Shown here: positions 23,523 through 37,422 of the stretch, one piece after another
Layout: every line of letters begins with the position of its first letter
Position numbering within the stretch: the stretch's first letter is position 1
Assembly (NCBI GenBank): GCA_002104905.1
Contig: MCFE01000617.1
Coordinates: 1-52,550 of the forward strand
Reading direction: 5' to 3'
Length of the DNA stretch: 52,550 nt
Source of the DNA: Basidiobolus meristosporus CBS 931.73
Lineage: Eukaryota; Fungi; Basidiobolomycota
Translations under genes and position numbers: made by a program
The notes under the pieces: generated by a model
Database searches by the model: none
Told to the model about the DNA's origin: nothing
Seen by the model: only the letters and a program-made list of their open reading frames with translations

Positions 23523-23871
23523 TGTTGTAAGAGTCTTGGAGATATTGGAAGTGATTGGGAGAACAAGTAGATTATGAGGTTTTCACTTAATGATTTATTG
23601 AATGTAAAAGTAGTATTTATACTTTTACATGGTCTTGGCATTACAAACACATAGAATAGGCTAAGGACGGTCCCAAAAACATGTGTGCAAGGTTTGGGGC
23701 TGTTTGGACAACTTTGAGAATTTTCATGTTCTGGGCACCTGGTATTTTGGTGAAAATATTCTAAGTAAATCCCAACAAGTAATTTGGTCAGTATTTTCTA
23801 GGATTTGAAGGTGATGATCTAAGTGACTAAGTTAGGTGAATATTTAGATGGAAATACAAATTTTTACAACA
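23523..23871 (-). mobile_element. Solo Copia LTR inserted in the RT of D
   Basis: TSD GATTG (23518-23522 and 23872-23876). Confidence 0.96.
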
Positions 23872-26212
23872 GATTGGACATATTGAACTCCTTAGATAGG
23901 CTGGATTTAGTCTCTTCCAATGTTGCTAGGTTATTGGCAGCTATAATAAGATCATCCACATATAGGGCTAATAGAACTGGATTTGCTCTATCTGGCTTAT
24001 AGTATTTACCATAGTCAGCATTGCTCCTGTTGAAACTCAAAGATCCCAAATAAGAATCTATCTTGCAACTCCAGGCTCTTGCTGATTGTTTGAGACCATA
24101 TAGTAATTTTTTAAGCTTGCAGACCAAATGGGGGCTATCTTGGTCAACAAACCCATCAGGCTGGTCCATATACACATCCTCATCAAGTTCTCCACTCAAA
24201 AATGCAGTTTTACATCATTTGATGAATAAAATACTTATATTTGGCAGCAATAGCCAATATTAATCTGAAGGAATTAAACTTGACTACTGGTGCAAAGGTC
24301 TCAGTATAGTCAAGTCCTTTGGTTTGAGAGTATCCTTTGGCCACAAGTCTTGTTTTGCATCTTTCAATTGTACCATCAGCCTTGCATGTTGTCTTGAAGA
24401 CCCATCTGCATCCAATTGATTTTTGGTTGATTGGTGATTTGACCAAGTCCCAAGTTTAATTTTCCATCAGTGCCTGATATTCCTCAGTCATTGCAGATCT
24501 CCAAAACTCTGTCTGAGGTCTATTTAGGGCCTCTTTTACAGTCTGGGATTCATCAATATGGAATGAATAGGCATAGGCTATGTTTGTACTCTCATTGATA
24601 TAGTAACTTGGACTATTTCTTGTCTGATTAGATCTCCAGGCATTTGATACTGGAATGATTGCTTCTGAGATATTCCTGGGCACTGATTCTGGCTGAACCC
24701 CAGTTGTAGAGTCCTCTGGAGAGAGAAAATCTTCATTGTTTTGCTCTGATTCAATCCTGACAATTGGTGGATTTGAGATCAGATTTCTGTCATCATCTGA
24801 TGTCATTTTTTGTGAGAATTTGAATTTTCATCACACAACACATCTCTGGACTTGATTGGCTTTGTTGCTTTGGTATTGTAGATTCTGTATGCTTTACTCT
24901 CATTGCAGTAGCCCAAAAATATGCATTTTACACTTTTTGGCTCAAATTTGACTGATATCTGGGCAGTTTCTTGGCATATGCTGTACACCCAAATATTCTT
25001 AGATGTTCTGCACTTGGTCTGCATCCATACCATGCTTCAAATGGAGTAGAATCACAAAGCATTTTGTTATAACTCCTATTCTTAAGATATACAGAAGTGG
25101 CAACTGATTTTGCTCAAGAATCATAGGATAATTTTTGATCATGGATCATAGATCTTGCTGTATCAATTATTGATCTGTTAGCACATCCTGCTACTCCATT
25201 TTGCTGCGCAGAGTATGGTACAGTAGTCTCTTGCTTTATCCCATGATTTTTTCAGAAGCGGATGAAGAGTCTTGAGGTATATTCTCCACCATTGTCAGAG
25301 CGTATTTTCTTGATTTTTTCACCAGTTTCTCTCCCTACCATGGCTTTAGACTCCCTGAACTTAGACAGAGCTTCTGCCTTTCTCTCCATGGAGTAGACCC
25401 ATGTGTATCTTGTGTAATCATCAGTAAAAATGATTAAATACTTCATCCTGCCTAAGGATAAATTTTGCATAGGTCCACACAGATCTGAGTGAATTAGAAC
25501 TAACTTTTTCTTAGTTTTGATCAACCCAGAGCTCTTGAACAGTTGTCTGGCTTGTTTCCCATAGATGCAGGCTACACAGTGCTCCAAATTGGCAGGGGGA
25601 GCAATTTTTACTCAGGAAATTAGCTGATCTTTGATCATTTTACGCAAATAATCAAAATTGATTTGTCCAAGTCTCCTGTGCCAAAGGATTGGTGCTTATT
25701 CATTTAAGTTACCTATATTGGCTTCTAAGTATGATCAAATATAAGTGAACTTGTAAAGATTCTGATCTCTGATACCTGAAGCAATATGGGCACCATTTTG
25801 ATCAGTAATTGGGCATCCAGAATTGTCAAAGCTGAAACTGAGTCCTTCTGCTCTGGCCTTGCTTACAGATAGTAGGTTCTTGGCTATTTCTGGCACATAG
25901 ATTACTTCTTTAAAGGTCAGTGTATGGCTTCCTTCACTGATTCTTAGGCTTACTTGGATAGTTCCTTCTCCCACTGCATGAAGTGTTCTATTGTCACTCA
26001 TGAAAACCTTCTTAATTGGAATATGTGGATATTGGGTAAAAAGTTCTGGTAGGTGTGTAAAGTGTTGAGATGCTCCAGAGTCAATATACCACATCTGAGA
26101 ATCCTTGATTGTGGCCATATTTAATGCAGATATGAATAGTTTATCCTCAGTTGTTGCAGCATTTCCATATTCAGGCTTCTTTTGCAGATCATCTTTCATT
26201 TTGAAGCACTGG

Positions 26213-27016
26213 TATGGCAGGGTAAACATACCTCCCTCAGACAAGTTTACTCATATAGTCATTATATTATACTTATCCATATTTTACCTTATCAGTATTA
26301 TCCCATTCTTCTTTTGCCCATATTATCAGTATTATCCCCATATGATGTTTACCCTGATTAGTTATCAGCATTAGTTATCCCAGATGTTATTCAGCTTTGT
26401 GATCAGTATATGTATCTACATAAGGCAAGTACCCACGTCAGTACCCGTGACACATGACCTAAGTCTGTGTTACCATCCCTACCAGTTCAATACTGTATAT
26501 GGTATTTCTATGTTGCACAGGTTTCAGACTACTGATTCCTGATTGGTTGAAAGTGCTGTGCCTTTTAGAACCTTCCAGGACATTTTTGGCATATTTTTAG
26601 CTCATAGTGATGTCATCAAGAATTCCACCGATACCTAGAATCTTCTAGAACCTTGTCATTAGTAATCACTTGGCAATCAGGAAAAGTATTTAAGTGAAAG
26701 AAATCCCTCATCAATAAATCATCCCTTCTATCAGTAACACTTCTACCTTATTGATTAGCAGTTGATCACTGCACCTGCCTTCAACAGTACATCTAAGACC
26801 TGCCATCAAGGAGCTTTTCAGGGTAGTGCACAAGACACACAGAGGCCTTTGGAGACACTTGGAGCACCTAGGAAGCTGGAGAAGCCGGAGCTTTTACCAT
26901 AGTGACATATTGACAAAGACACCAGCAGTTTAGACACAGAGGTTATTGCACCCATCAGACACCTCACACACCTTGAGTTGTGTAGCTTCTCCCAGGAGTA
27001 CCTCTACACCACCACA
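26213..27016 (+). mobile_element. Solo long LTR (family G1, probably Ty3/Gypsy) inserted in the gag zinc knuckle of D
   Basis: 4-bp TSD CTGG. D gag resumes exactly across it. Homologous (inverted) to 34646-35714. Superfamily inferred only from TSD length. Confidence 0.85.
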
Positions 27017-27744
27017 CTGGTCTGATGGGTGTCCTTTCCTTTTGCAGTAGTTACAAAACAGGTTGCTGTTGCCTTTGCAGGGTCATGGGTACCCCCTTTG
27101 TTGGTTATCATTGCTTATTAAAGCATTTTCTTCTTCCTTGTTATTTGCGCTTGATTTTCTTAATTCTTCATCCAAGAGCCTTCCACATACATAATTTCAG
27201 GTCAAATCTTCAGTTCTGGACTCTAGGGCTGATACAAGGTCCTGAAACTCATCTGTCAGGCTATTTAGGATGGTTACTATCACATCCTCATCAGTAGTTG
27301 GTATGCCCACAGATTCCATTTCATCTACCAGCAGGGTATTTCTGTTAATTAGATTTTTCATTTCTTCTCCTGGCAGCATCTTTGTAGTAAAGAATTTTCT
27401 TCTCAGTTACATTTTCTTGGCAGCTGAACATGACTGGTAGGTGTCTTCTAATGCCTTCCAGGCATTCTTTGCCGTTTTTGCTCTTGAGCATTGAATTAGC
27501 AATTTGTCCTTGACATTAAGGCAAATGCAGTTAAAGGCACTTTGTTCTTTCTTCTGGTACTTTAAGGCTTCCTCTCCCACGTTTTTAGGAGGGCATTCTT
27601 CTCCCATGACAATATCCCAAAGGCCTCTTTCTTGTAGCAGCATCTTCATCTTCACCTTCCACACTTGGTAGTTAGAGCCATCCAACTTTTCAACAGAGGG
27701 AAAAATTCCAGTAATAGCAGTAGTAGACATTGCAGAGAGTGACA

Positions 27745-27875
27745 GCTTGGGGCTCATAACCTGTTGTAAGAGTCTTGGAGATATTGGAAGTGATTGGGAG
27801 GACAAGTAGATTATGTGGTTTTCACTTAATGATTTATTGAATGTAAAAGTGGTATTTAGCTTGGGGCTCATAACC
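27745..27875 (-). repeat. Tandem duplication of the LTR 3' end plus PBS in D
   Basis: GCTTGGGGCTCATAACC-TGTTGTAAG occurs twice, 114 bp apart (LTR ends at 27762 and 27876). Confidence 0.9.
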
Positions 27876-28472
27876 TGTTGTAAGAGTCTTGGAGATAGTG
27901 GAAGTGATTGGGAGGACAGGTAGACCATGTGGTTCTTACTTACTGATTTATTGAGTATAAAAGTAGTATATATACTTTTACATGGTCTTGGCATAACAAA
28001 CATATAGAATAGATCAAGGAAGGTTGCAAGAACATGTGTGCACAGTTTGGGACTGTTTGGACAACTTTGTGGATTTTCATGTTCTGGGTACCTGGTATTT
28101 TGGTGAAAATATTCCAAGTAAATCCCAACAAAGAATTTGGTCAGTATTCTCTAGGATATGAAGGTAATGATCTAAGTGACCAAGTGAGGTGAATATTTAG
28201 GTGGAAATTCAAATTTTTACAACAATTGGCTGGTTTGCATGACTTTAAGGTTGTCCGGTTGTGACATATGTTTATCTGAGCAGGCCTAACTGACCAATGC
28301 ATGTGGTTGCCTTATATAGTAAGAAGTTGACAGCTTTTGACAGCTTTTATGTGGTCTCCTGTTGGCATTATCACAACAAAGTGGTGGCCCACTGCTAGTC
28401 CTGTACTATGCCATTGTATCAATTTATCAAATGGTAATGCATTTTTCTACCTCCACTTGTGCCTTTCATATA

Positions 28473-30720
28473 CCATTATTAAAAACAGTAGTGATGATCC
28501 CCTCAAAAGGCTGTGACAAAGCTTAAATCCTGTGTCTGAGAAGTATTGATGCTGTGAGGATGTCATGCAATCATTGATGAAAGAAGCTGCACCTCAGATT
28601 TCACAAAAAACATAATCAAAGATTTTCAGCACAACAATACATTAGTGGCTGTGGATTGGTTCTGTGCCAATTCTCACATATTCTGAAACTGGACACTCAA
28701 TTACCTCCTATGCTTGTGTACATTGATTGGCTATTGCCCTTTTTCACACTCCTTACTTCCTGACTCAAACAATGCACTTTTCATACATTGAAATTAGTTT
28801 ATATCAATTCAATCTTCAGTTATAACTTAGTTGCCAATGAACCACCCTATACAAGTCCCTATAACCAAGACTAACATTGAGCTCAACCTCACACTTAACA
28901 AGCAACTCCATTGAAATACACATTCAATAAGTATTTCTGATGAAACACCCTTTTTGCATGACTTTGGCTAAAACTCTATGGCTTGATGCCATTGCTCATT
29001 CACTGGTTACCATACATCCTGGTCTTCAACACTGCAAGACTGAGCACCCTATTGGCCAGTCTATGCAATAGGTCCCTACAGTAATCAAGTGTGTTTCTTG
29101 GGCACTGTTTGCAAAGTAGTGCTGCAACTGTTTGCTGTACCTGGTATTGCCCCAAAGTTACACTTTAGGCATTGCAATCATCTTCTGAGTTCTTGAAAAT
29201 GTTGCATTGTTTGTTGCTGGAATCTTCACTCTGTCTACAATAGAGGCCATGATGGCCATGATAGGTAAGTTGTCTTTCTCAGCAAACTCATTGACCTCAC
29301 TGGAGTGTACATCTGTTGCAATATTCTGAGGAGTATTGGAAGTGATGTGGAGAACTACAGGATGTACATGTTATTCACTTGTTGATTTATTGCTCAAATG
29401 TGTGGTATTTATACTTTTGACAAAGAAGAGCAAGCAAGCATGTAGGGTTTTTTAAAGAAGGCCCCAAGAATATGTCTGCAAAGTCTGGGGGCTTTTGGAT
29501 AACTTTAAGAGAGTTCATAATCTGAGGACCTGATAATTTGGTGAAAATATTCTATGTAAATCCCAACAAGAAACTTGGTCAGGACAGAATGCTAATTGAG
29601 GAATTGGATCTATATGACTAAGTTAGTATGATTATTTAGGTGACAACTTAATAATTACAACAAGATCAACTTGCTGCACATCCTACTCTTGAGAAAACAG
29701 CAGCTGTCTTCTTGATACTTCATCTTGGCTATTACAGGAATCAGCCTGCTCCATGCATTTGATGTTAATTGCTGAGATCTGCAGCTTTTTTTACATACCT
29801 CCCTGTCTCTGGCGTAGATAGACTTATCACTCTTTACTTTCACCTTTATCACTGGAACTTTGTCTGAGTGCTCTCTGTACTGAACTTTGTTTCCTCCTTA
29901 ATATATGCTGCACTGGTGGATCCATTTCTGCCTGCTGGTCTCTTACCAGCACTGTTCTGGCAACCTGATGTGTAATTACCACTTGCTTTGAGCTTTCAGC
30001 ACTAGTAGTGATGGGCTCCTGAGGAAGCTGCTGGCTTTTATCACTGATAAGTCCTTCACTAATACTTTGACTCAGTGCTCCTTGAGTGGAACTACACTTT
30101 TTCCTTAATGAATGTTGCACTGGAGAGTCTGTTTCTGCCTGCTTATTGCTTGTCAGCACGCTTTGGGCTACCTGACATTTCTTTGCTGCTTATTCAGAGC
30201 TTTGGCCCTGCTTGCAATTGAACCCTCTGGGACTATAAGTGCCAAATCTTAGCTGGCCTCTGCCTTACTAATTTGGTCATTTCTTGAAACCTTACCTCTG
30301 CTCCTCCCCTGTTCTCCACCCTGCAGCTTCCTTGCCTTGTTGAAGCACAAGCTCATTGCTCCCTGTGAAAAGCTTCAACTCCGATCAAATATCTCTATCT
30401 CAAGTATCTCTGGCTGTTGATTGATCCCAAATTCTGGCAAATGGCTTATACCCTGCCTGGTTTGCTGTAATTGCATGCTGACTTCTGTATGTTATATCTG
30501 AGCAAACATGATGTGTGGTAATAAGAAAGTAAATCATTATTATAGAGTCTCAAGATCAATATTACACTCATTTTATTATTTTGCCTTTTGCTATTGTAAC
30601 ACTCAACTGAGAGTTCACTAATTTCCCACTGTGAAAGACAAATGCATGAGACCCTGCCAATCAATCCATCCAAGATTATTATGTCATGCATAACACTCAG
30701 TGGCCAGCACATGTTTCTAA
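28473..30720 (-). mobile_element. Inverted CACTA right end plus ORF2 relic
   Basis: Degenerate TIR near 28473. Reverse-colinear with 40430-41418. ORF 29827-30159 carries the same 69-aa repeats as 37985-38473. Confidence 0.65.
29314..29662 (-). mobile_element. Solo Copia LTR, subfamily 2
   Basis: TGTTGCAA...TTACAACA. Flanks ACATC and AGATC (1 mismatch). Host sequence resumes across it. Confidence 0.88.
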
Positions 30721-31476
30721 TTACAGTCCATCTGATGCAGTACTTGAGGATTATGATCAAAAGAGCTCAATAACCATATATATTAGAACACTATTACTAG
30801 GCTTACTATGATAACTTTGCTTGCTTATAACTTTTGATCAGGCCAATCAAATCACTTGAGAATCTCACATAAGCTGTGCCTATGCTTGATCTGCACTACT
30901 ACAAGATTCAGCTTTTCACCACATGTATTGTTTGCACAAGTGCCCAAAAATATTGATCCTTCAGAACTCTCATATATATGACTTCCCCAGCAGAATATAA
31001 CAGAGAGCCTCATTCTCCACAATCTCCACATTGCAACAGTAAGCTTAAAGGCCTTACAACTTCCCCTGTCTCACATGCACTGTTGAGTGTGCTGAATTTG
31101 ATATATACTACATTGGAGAAGTGACTGCAAGCTCACAAAAATCCAGCTTAAACTCTACAAGAAAACTACCACTTTTCTACTGGAGAGTTCCCCTAAGAAA
31201 GCCCTCTGCTCTAACAACACCCCTTAGTCTTCAAACCCCACAAGAGACCCCTTTACTTCAAAAGCCCCTTCAGGCACCCCTGCAGCACAAAGTTGACTTT
31301 AAAGACCACTGTAAAAAGCTCCTTTGCTCCAAAGACACCCTGTTAGAGACCCCTCACCTCAAGCCTCAGGTTAAAGGGAAGTTCAGAATACCCAAGTTAA
31401 AATTTAAATTCTCAGAAAGAAACTGACTTACAAAGGAGGAGAAGTTACCACAACAGTACATACACTCAATAGTCAG

Positions 31477-33920
31477 CCCTATGAAAAATAATTTGGTCCC
31501 ACAGATGGATCCAATCTGGATCAGCCATCAAGATCCCATCAGGAGACCTATATAATATCAGCAGCTTGGAATTAATCATCATCAACACAATCTTATGATA
31601 GGATCATAATGGCATTTTGCTAATTTTACAGCCAAATAAAGTCAAAAAACATAACAGTGTTTTGCCAAGGGTGGTGTAGCATAGTTGCGGTCTTAGTGCA
31701 CTTTACAACTATTTGAGGTGATCTAACTGGCTAATACATCCAATTGTCTTATATGGCAAGAAACTTAATGGTGTTTTGATAGCCTCTTTTCAAGTCTCTG
31801 ATGGCATTATCATGGCAGTATGGCAGCCAACAGCTAGTTTTGTATGGTACTAACATACCAATTTACCAAATGGTATTTCCTTTTTGTACCTCCCCTACTG
31901 CAATTTGTATACTACACTGTAGAATCACCCCTCTTTATTTACTTACCCACTACTACCTTGGGTATTTCACATATAGTTTGAATCAAAAAATACTATGGCC
32001 TCCTGCTTACTAACCTCCACAAATGCACACACCTGCTGCAATTGACATACTTGTATGACATCAACTTTACAGCTTTTCAATGTGATACTAGCAAAGTTGT
32101 CATATACCTTGTATTGCTGGTAACATATACATCTTGCAAACATATTCTTGGTTGCTGCCACTTCTGCCACAAATATCTCCTGAAAATCCACAAAGAACCT
32201 TTTGGTATTTAACCAATATATTTCTTCTCCCTGCTGGATTCTAGTCCCCCTTATAGGTGCATTCTAGCTCTTGTTTGTGCAAATTCTGTATTGAATGGTG
32301 TAGAAACTGACTTGTGACCAAGACAAATCTGGCATCCTTGGTTGAGTACTCCTGATAAAAGTTAGTTGTTTGTTGCACCCAACCCAACTTTGCATTACTT
32401 GACTGATTACACATGTATTGGGGCTGCCTAGTTCTTAACGCCATGGGCATAGTTGACTATATGTGCGCACCTGTCCTCTGCATTTTCCAACTCTTCCTGG
32501 CTGTCCTGCATGTACCAACTCATTACATCCATGACAGACTTGAGAGTAATACTCTGTATGAGATTGTGCTATGGTAGTGCCTGCAACTTGACTTGTCTTC
32601 CTATCTGCCATACATCTACTCCATAGGAAACTCCCAAAAGATGAAGCAAGGCCCAATATTCTCAGCACACAAAGCAAGATGGAGTAGCAAATGAGCACAG
32701 TAGCTGCAGAGATCTACACATTAAGCTTTATGTTTGTTGTATAGCCTCTTAAATCCTGTCACACACTCATTGCACAAAAGCTGTAGATGTGTCAAGTTGG
32801 CATTGGTGATCCACTTCTAGATACGTATTCCTACAATGTCCACATATGACTCCCAATGCTTCCAATGTACTCTTAGTAGAAATGGCTTCAGAAGGTCACG
32901 TAAATAAGTGCATATGCAGTTCATTCAGTCCTTGCACTTGTATTATTACACATGCATATGAAGGTTGATTGGAGCCTGTGAGAGATACTTAGGGTAGTGG
33001 ATACTCTGTTATATTGTGCCAGTTCTTTCAGATTTTTCTAGTATCTCCAGGTGCTCATTTAGCTTGAAATGTCCCATGTACAACTTTGTCATCAGTACAG
33101 GGTTATTGTTGAAAAGCATTTGCATTGCTCCCAGTGGAAAGCTTTTGCTTCAACAGATACCCACTATCTCTAGCATCTCTGGTTTCCAATCAATTCCATT
33201 ATCCAGCAATGGCTTATAGCTTGCCAACTTTGCTACAATTGCATGCAGACTTCTGTATGTTCTCTCTGTGGAAAGTTGATGTTCTTAGTGTTGGTGCTTG
33301 GGTAATAATAAAATGTGTGAGTTATGGTGTAAGTCTCCTGGATCTCACTCATTTGACAGCAACGCCTTTGATTGTGCCCAGAGAAGCCAGCCATCTTGCT
33401 GATTGCTGGGGTATCTCCAATGCAGATAATAATAGGCACTTTAACATGACAGCCATTTACTGTTATCCTGCTGGAAAGCATACAAAATTCATCTAGCAAT
33501 GGATACAGGTAGCTATCCAGGTTGGATGGGGATTTAGGCCCAAATACCAGGGAGACTACAATCAGATTCCTGCTCTTATACTTTAACATAGGCAGCAGAT
33601 TCAGGGCCATGAGAATCAGTGGCCAGCAGGATTTGCTGGTCAGGTACTTGTTTAATGAGAATCCATCAAGTGCCAATGCAAGGGCATGGCCATACAAACA
33701 TTGACAGTAGCCCTTTCTTCTTAGCTGTTTATAATATTTGCTATCAAATACATCTATTATATTTGCACTTGGTTCATACTAAGTGTGGTACTCTCTAGCT
33801 TCACAATACTTGTTGGATTGCATGAGTTTCTTTAGACCGGGCATTACCGGAATATATCTGGAGTGTGAACAATGTTTTCCTTCAATGGTGGCAGATTCCT
33901 GACAAGTTGGGCACCTTGCA
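31477..33920 (-). mobile_element. CACTA/En-Spm copy 1: left TIR plus transposase pseudogene, truncated by copy 2
   Basis: TIR CCCTATGAAAAATA at 31477. ORF 33233-33697 (ALALDGF..SCWPLIL..GPKSPSNLDSYLYPL..GDTPAISKMAGFSGH) has Transposase_21-type motifs. Confidence 0.88.
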
Positions 33921-34645
33921 CCCTATGAAAAATAAATTAGTCCCGCAGGTGGATCTGATCTGGATCAGCCATCACAATCCTGTTCAGAGATCATCATAAT
34001 ACCAGTGGCTTGGAATTAGTGAACCTCTTGACAATCTTATGACAGGATCACACCAGCATTTTGCTAATTTTACTGCAAAAAAAGTTATGAAACATGACAG
34101 GCTTTGATTAGTGCTGTGGCAATAATTGAATGGCATTGTTGCTGTCTTGATGTGCTCTACAAATATTTCAAATGAATCCAGCTGGCCAGGATATCCAATT
34201 GCCTTATATGGCAAGGAACTTGATAGTATTTCAACAGCCTCAGAGAAAGACTTTGATGGCATTATATTGGCAGTATGGCAGCCTAAAGCTAGTTTTGTAT
34301 AATGCTACCATTACAATGTATCAATTGGTATTTCCTTTTTCTACCTCCCCTTGCGCAATTTATATATTTTACTGTAGAATTTCCCCTCTTTATTTGCATG
34401 CCCACCACTACCTTGGGTACTCCACATATAATTCAAATCCAAAAAAACTATGGCCTCCTGCATACTAACCTCTACAAACATGCACACCTGCTGCAATTGA
34501 CATACTTCTATGACCTCAACTTTACAGATTTTTAGTGTGATGCTTGCAAAGTTGCCATATACCTGTACTGATTGCAGCATATACATCTTGCAAATATGTG
34601 CTTGGTTGCTGCCACTTCTGCCATGAATACCTCCTAAAAATCCGC

Positions 34646-35714
34646 TGTGGTGGTGTATAGGTCCAAGGGAGAGATACAATGAAGACTTCTCAAGTGTTTT
34701 GTGTGTGGGGTGTTTACTGGGTGCAATAACCTTTGGCAAAAGCTTGCTAGGAATACTTGGGTTCTGTCTCCAATCTAATGTGAAGGGTAATAAAGCCACA
34801 AGATTGTCAAGGGAAGACTATTGAGCTACAATCCCCAACTTAGTAGGCGTCTTAACAAAAGTATACGCTAGGTTCAGCGTCCTTTGAGATGACAATGCAC
34901 TAAAGCTTCCAAAGTCAAAACAACTGTAAGCTCCACCAGCAGGGACTTGATAAGAATGCAGCTGTGGTCAATAGTTACAAAGACAGAAAAGTATCTTTGC
35001 CTGTACAAGAGCAAACTTGGGAAAGAATCAAATATATAAAAGATACCTACTCTGAGTATTCCTCTCAAGTAGTGCCTCCAAGGTCAGTTGGCTGTCAGCG
35101 CAGTTTCCTGGGAGTGTCCTATGGTCTGGAGTTGGACGTTCAGGTAGCAGCAGGTGGCAGTAATCACACTAATCAACAAGTTGGTATATTGACAAAAGGG
35201 ATGATGATTTATTGTTGAGGGATAGCCACCCTTATATACTTTTCTTACTGGCTAAGTGATTACTAATCATGGTGTTCCAGAAGGTTCCGGATATCAATAG
35301 AAATCTTAATGACATCAGAATGACCTAAGAATGTTCAAAGTAGGTGCCAGAAGGTTCTAAGAGGCACAGCACAACCAACCAATCAGGAATCAGTATTCTG
35401 AAACCTGTGTAACATAGAGATACCATATATGGTATGGAAATGGTAGGGATGGTAACAAGGGTTGATCAGGTGTCACAGGTACTGGCATGGGTACTTGCCT
35501 AATATAGGAGCACTTATAGCTAGTAATGTTACATAAAGTGAGGGGTAACTTATGCAATAAGGTAAGCCGGTGTGATAGTCACCGGCTCATGGGATAGTAC
35601 TGATTGGGTAAGACAAATGGGATAAAGCTAAAATAAGTATAGTAGAGATATAGGGAAGTAGAAAATAAGGGAATGAGCACATCTGTCAGTGGGTGTCACT
35701 GTCACCCCACTACA
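34646..35714 (-). mobile_element. Solo long LTR (family G1) inserted in the transposase of copy 2
   Basis: TGTGGTGG...CCACTACA with 4-bp TSD CCGC (34642-34645 and 35715-35718). Host sequence resumes across it. Confidence 0.92.
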
Positions 35715-37422
35715 CCGCAAAGAACTTTTTGGTATTTAGATATGATATGGGCTAAAATCTGCTCCATAGGAAACTCCAAAAAGGCAAAGCAAGGTCCAAA
35801 GTTCTCTTGACACTGAGCAAGGGGAAGTAGAGAATGGATACTGTAGTAGCAGAGATCTATGCATTCAGCTTTATGTTTGCAGGTACAGCCACCCAATACA
35901 CATTACAAACTCCTTGCACAACAGCTGCAGATGTGACAAGCTGGCATTGGTGATCCACTTCTGGAGAAGTATTCCTACAATGTCCACATATGGCTCCCAA
36001 TGCTTCCAATGTACTCTTGGTAGGAATGGCTTCACATTGCCACTTAAATAAATACATATCCAGTTCATTCAGTCTCTGGATTTGTATTGTCACATATGCA
36101 TATGAATATTGATTGGGGTCTGTGAGAAGCACTTAGGGTAGCAGATATTCTGTAATAACTTGCCAATTCTTTCAAATTTCTCCGGTATCTTAAAGGGCAC
36201 ATTTAGCTTGATATGCCCCATTTACAACTTGAGCATCAGCAGAGGGATATTATTGAAAAGCAATTGCATTGCTCCCAGTGGAAGGCTTTTGCCCTAACAG
36301 ATACCTTCTATCTTAAGTATCTCTGGTTTCCAATTAATTCCATACTCTGGCCAATGGCTTACAGCTTGCCAGCTTTGCTGCAATTCCATGCTGACTTCTG
36401 CATGTTCTCTCTGTGGAAAGATGATGTTCTTAGTGCCTGTGTTTGGGTGATACAAATGTGTGTGAGTTATTGAGTAAATCCACTGGATCTCACACATTCA
36501 AGAGCAATACCATCTATTGTGCCCAGAAAAGCTGGCTATCTTACTGATGGCTGGGGCATCTCCAATGCAGATAACAATATGCACTTCAACATGATGGCCA
36601 TTTACTGTTATCTTGCTGGAAAGCATACAAAATTCATCCAGCAATGGATACAGGTAGCTATCCAGGTTGGATGGGGATTTAGGCCTAAATACCAGTGAGA
36701 CTACTATCAGATTCCTGCTCTGAAAATGTTAGAGAGGCAGCAGATCTAGGGTGATGAGAATCAGTGGCTAGCAGGATTCACTGGTAGAGTACTTGTTCAA
36801 TGAGAATCAGTGGCCAGCAGGATTCTGTGGTAGAGTACTTGTTTAATGAGAATCCATCAAGTGCCAAGGCAAGGGCAAGGTCATACATACCTTCAAAGTA
36901 GCCGTTGCTTCTTAGCAGTTTGTGATGTTTGCCATCAAATATATCAGATTTGTTTGTGCTTGATTGATACTGAGCATGGAACTGTATAGCTTTGCAATAT
37001 TTGTTGGATGGCATGAGCTACTTTAGACAGGGTATTACCAGAATATATCTGGATTGTGAACAATGTTTTCCCTCAATGGTGGTGGATTGCTGACAATTTG
37101 GACATGTTGCAATGATAGCACTTTTGGATATGAGTGCCATGAAGCTATTAACACATGCTGGAATCAGGACAGTCTCTGGATCATATGTTGCCAGCCACAT
37201 GATGGTTGTCCACTTATACCATTTACATGATAAGTCGCAATCCGGAATGATTTTGGCAAGAAGTAGTAATAGATCCTCAAAGCCCCCATTACTGATATTA
37301 GTGGAAACGTACTACTTCTATAGCAGCAACATTACAGCATTTACCAGTAGTTAGTTTACTAGGTATACTTAATTAACAAAATAAAGTAAAGTCTTTTGGT
37401 TCCCAACCAAACCCTACCACTG

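Larger units (their letters stand above)
22271..28224 (-). mobile_element. Copia element D: both LTRs present, degenerate, two internal solo-LTR insertions
   Basis: TSD ATTGG (22266-22270 and 28225-28229). 3' LTR 22271-22617, PPT 22618-22630, 5' LTR 27876-28224. gag, PR, IN, RT and RH remnants. Confidence 0.95.
21775..28472. mobile_element. CACTA left-subterminal segment (21775-21886, 22237-22270, 28225-28472) split by two insertions
   Basis: With the inserts removed, the sequence is colinear with ~38920-39310. Confidence 0.55.

Noticed and set aside
798-29662. Many dispersed ~349-bp repeats with unique-looking spacers, superficially array-like
   Set aside because: They have TG..CA ends, 5-bp TSDs, a PBS and a PPT, so they are Copia LTRs. 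Not a CRISPR array or a novel repeat system.
30720-31476. ORF 31121-31426 and surrounding sequence as a host gene
   Set aside because: CpG-depleted, no recognisable domain, non-ATG start, and wedged between CACTA fragments. Probably TE-internal.
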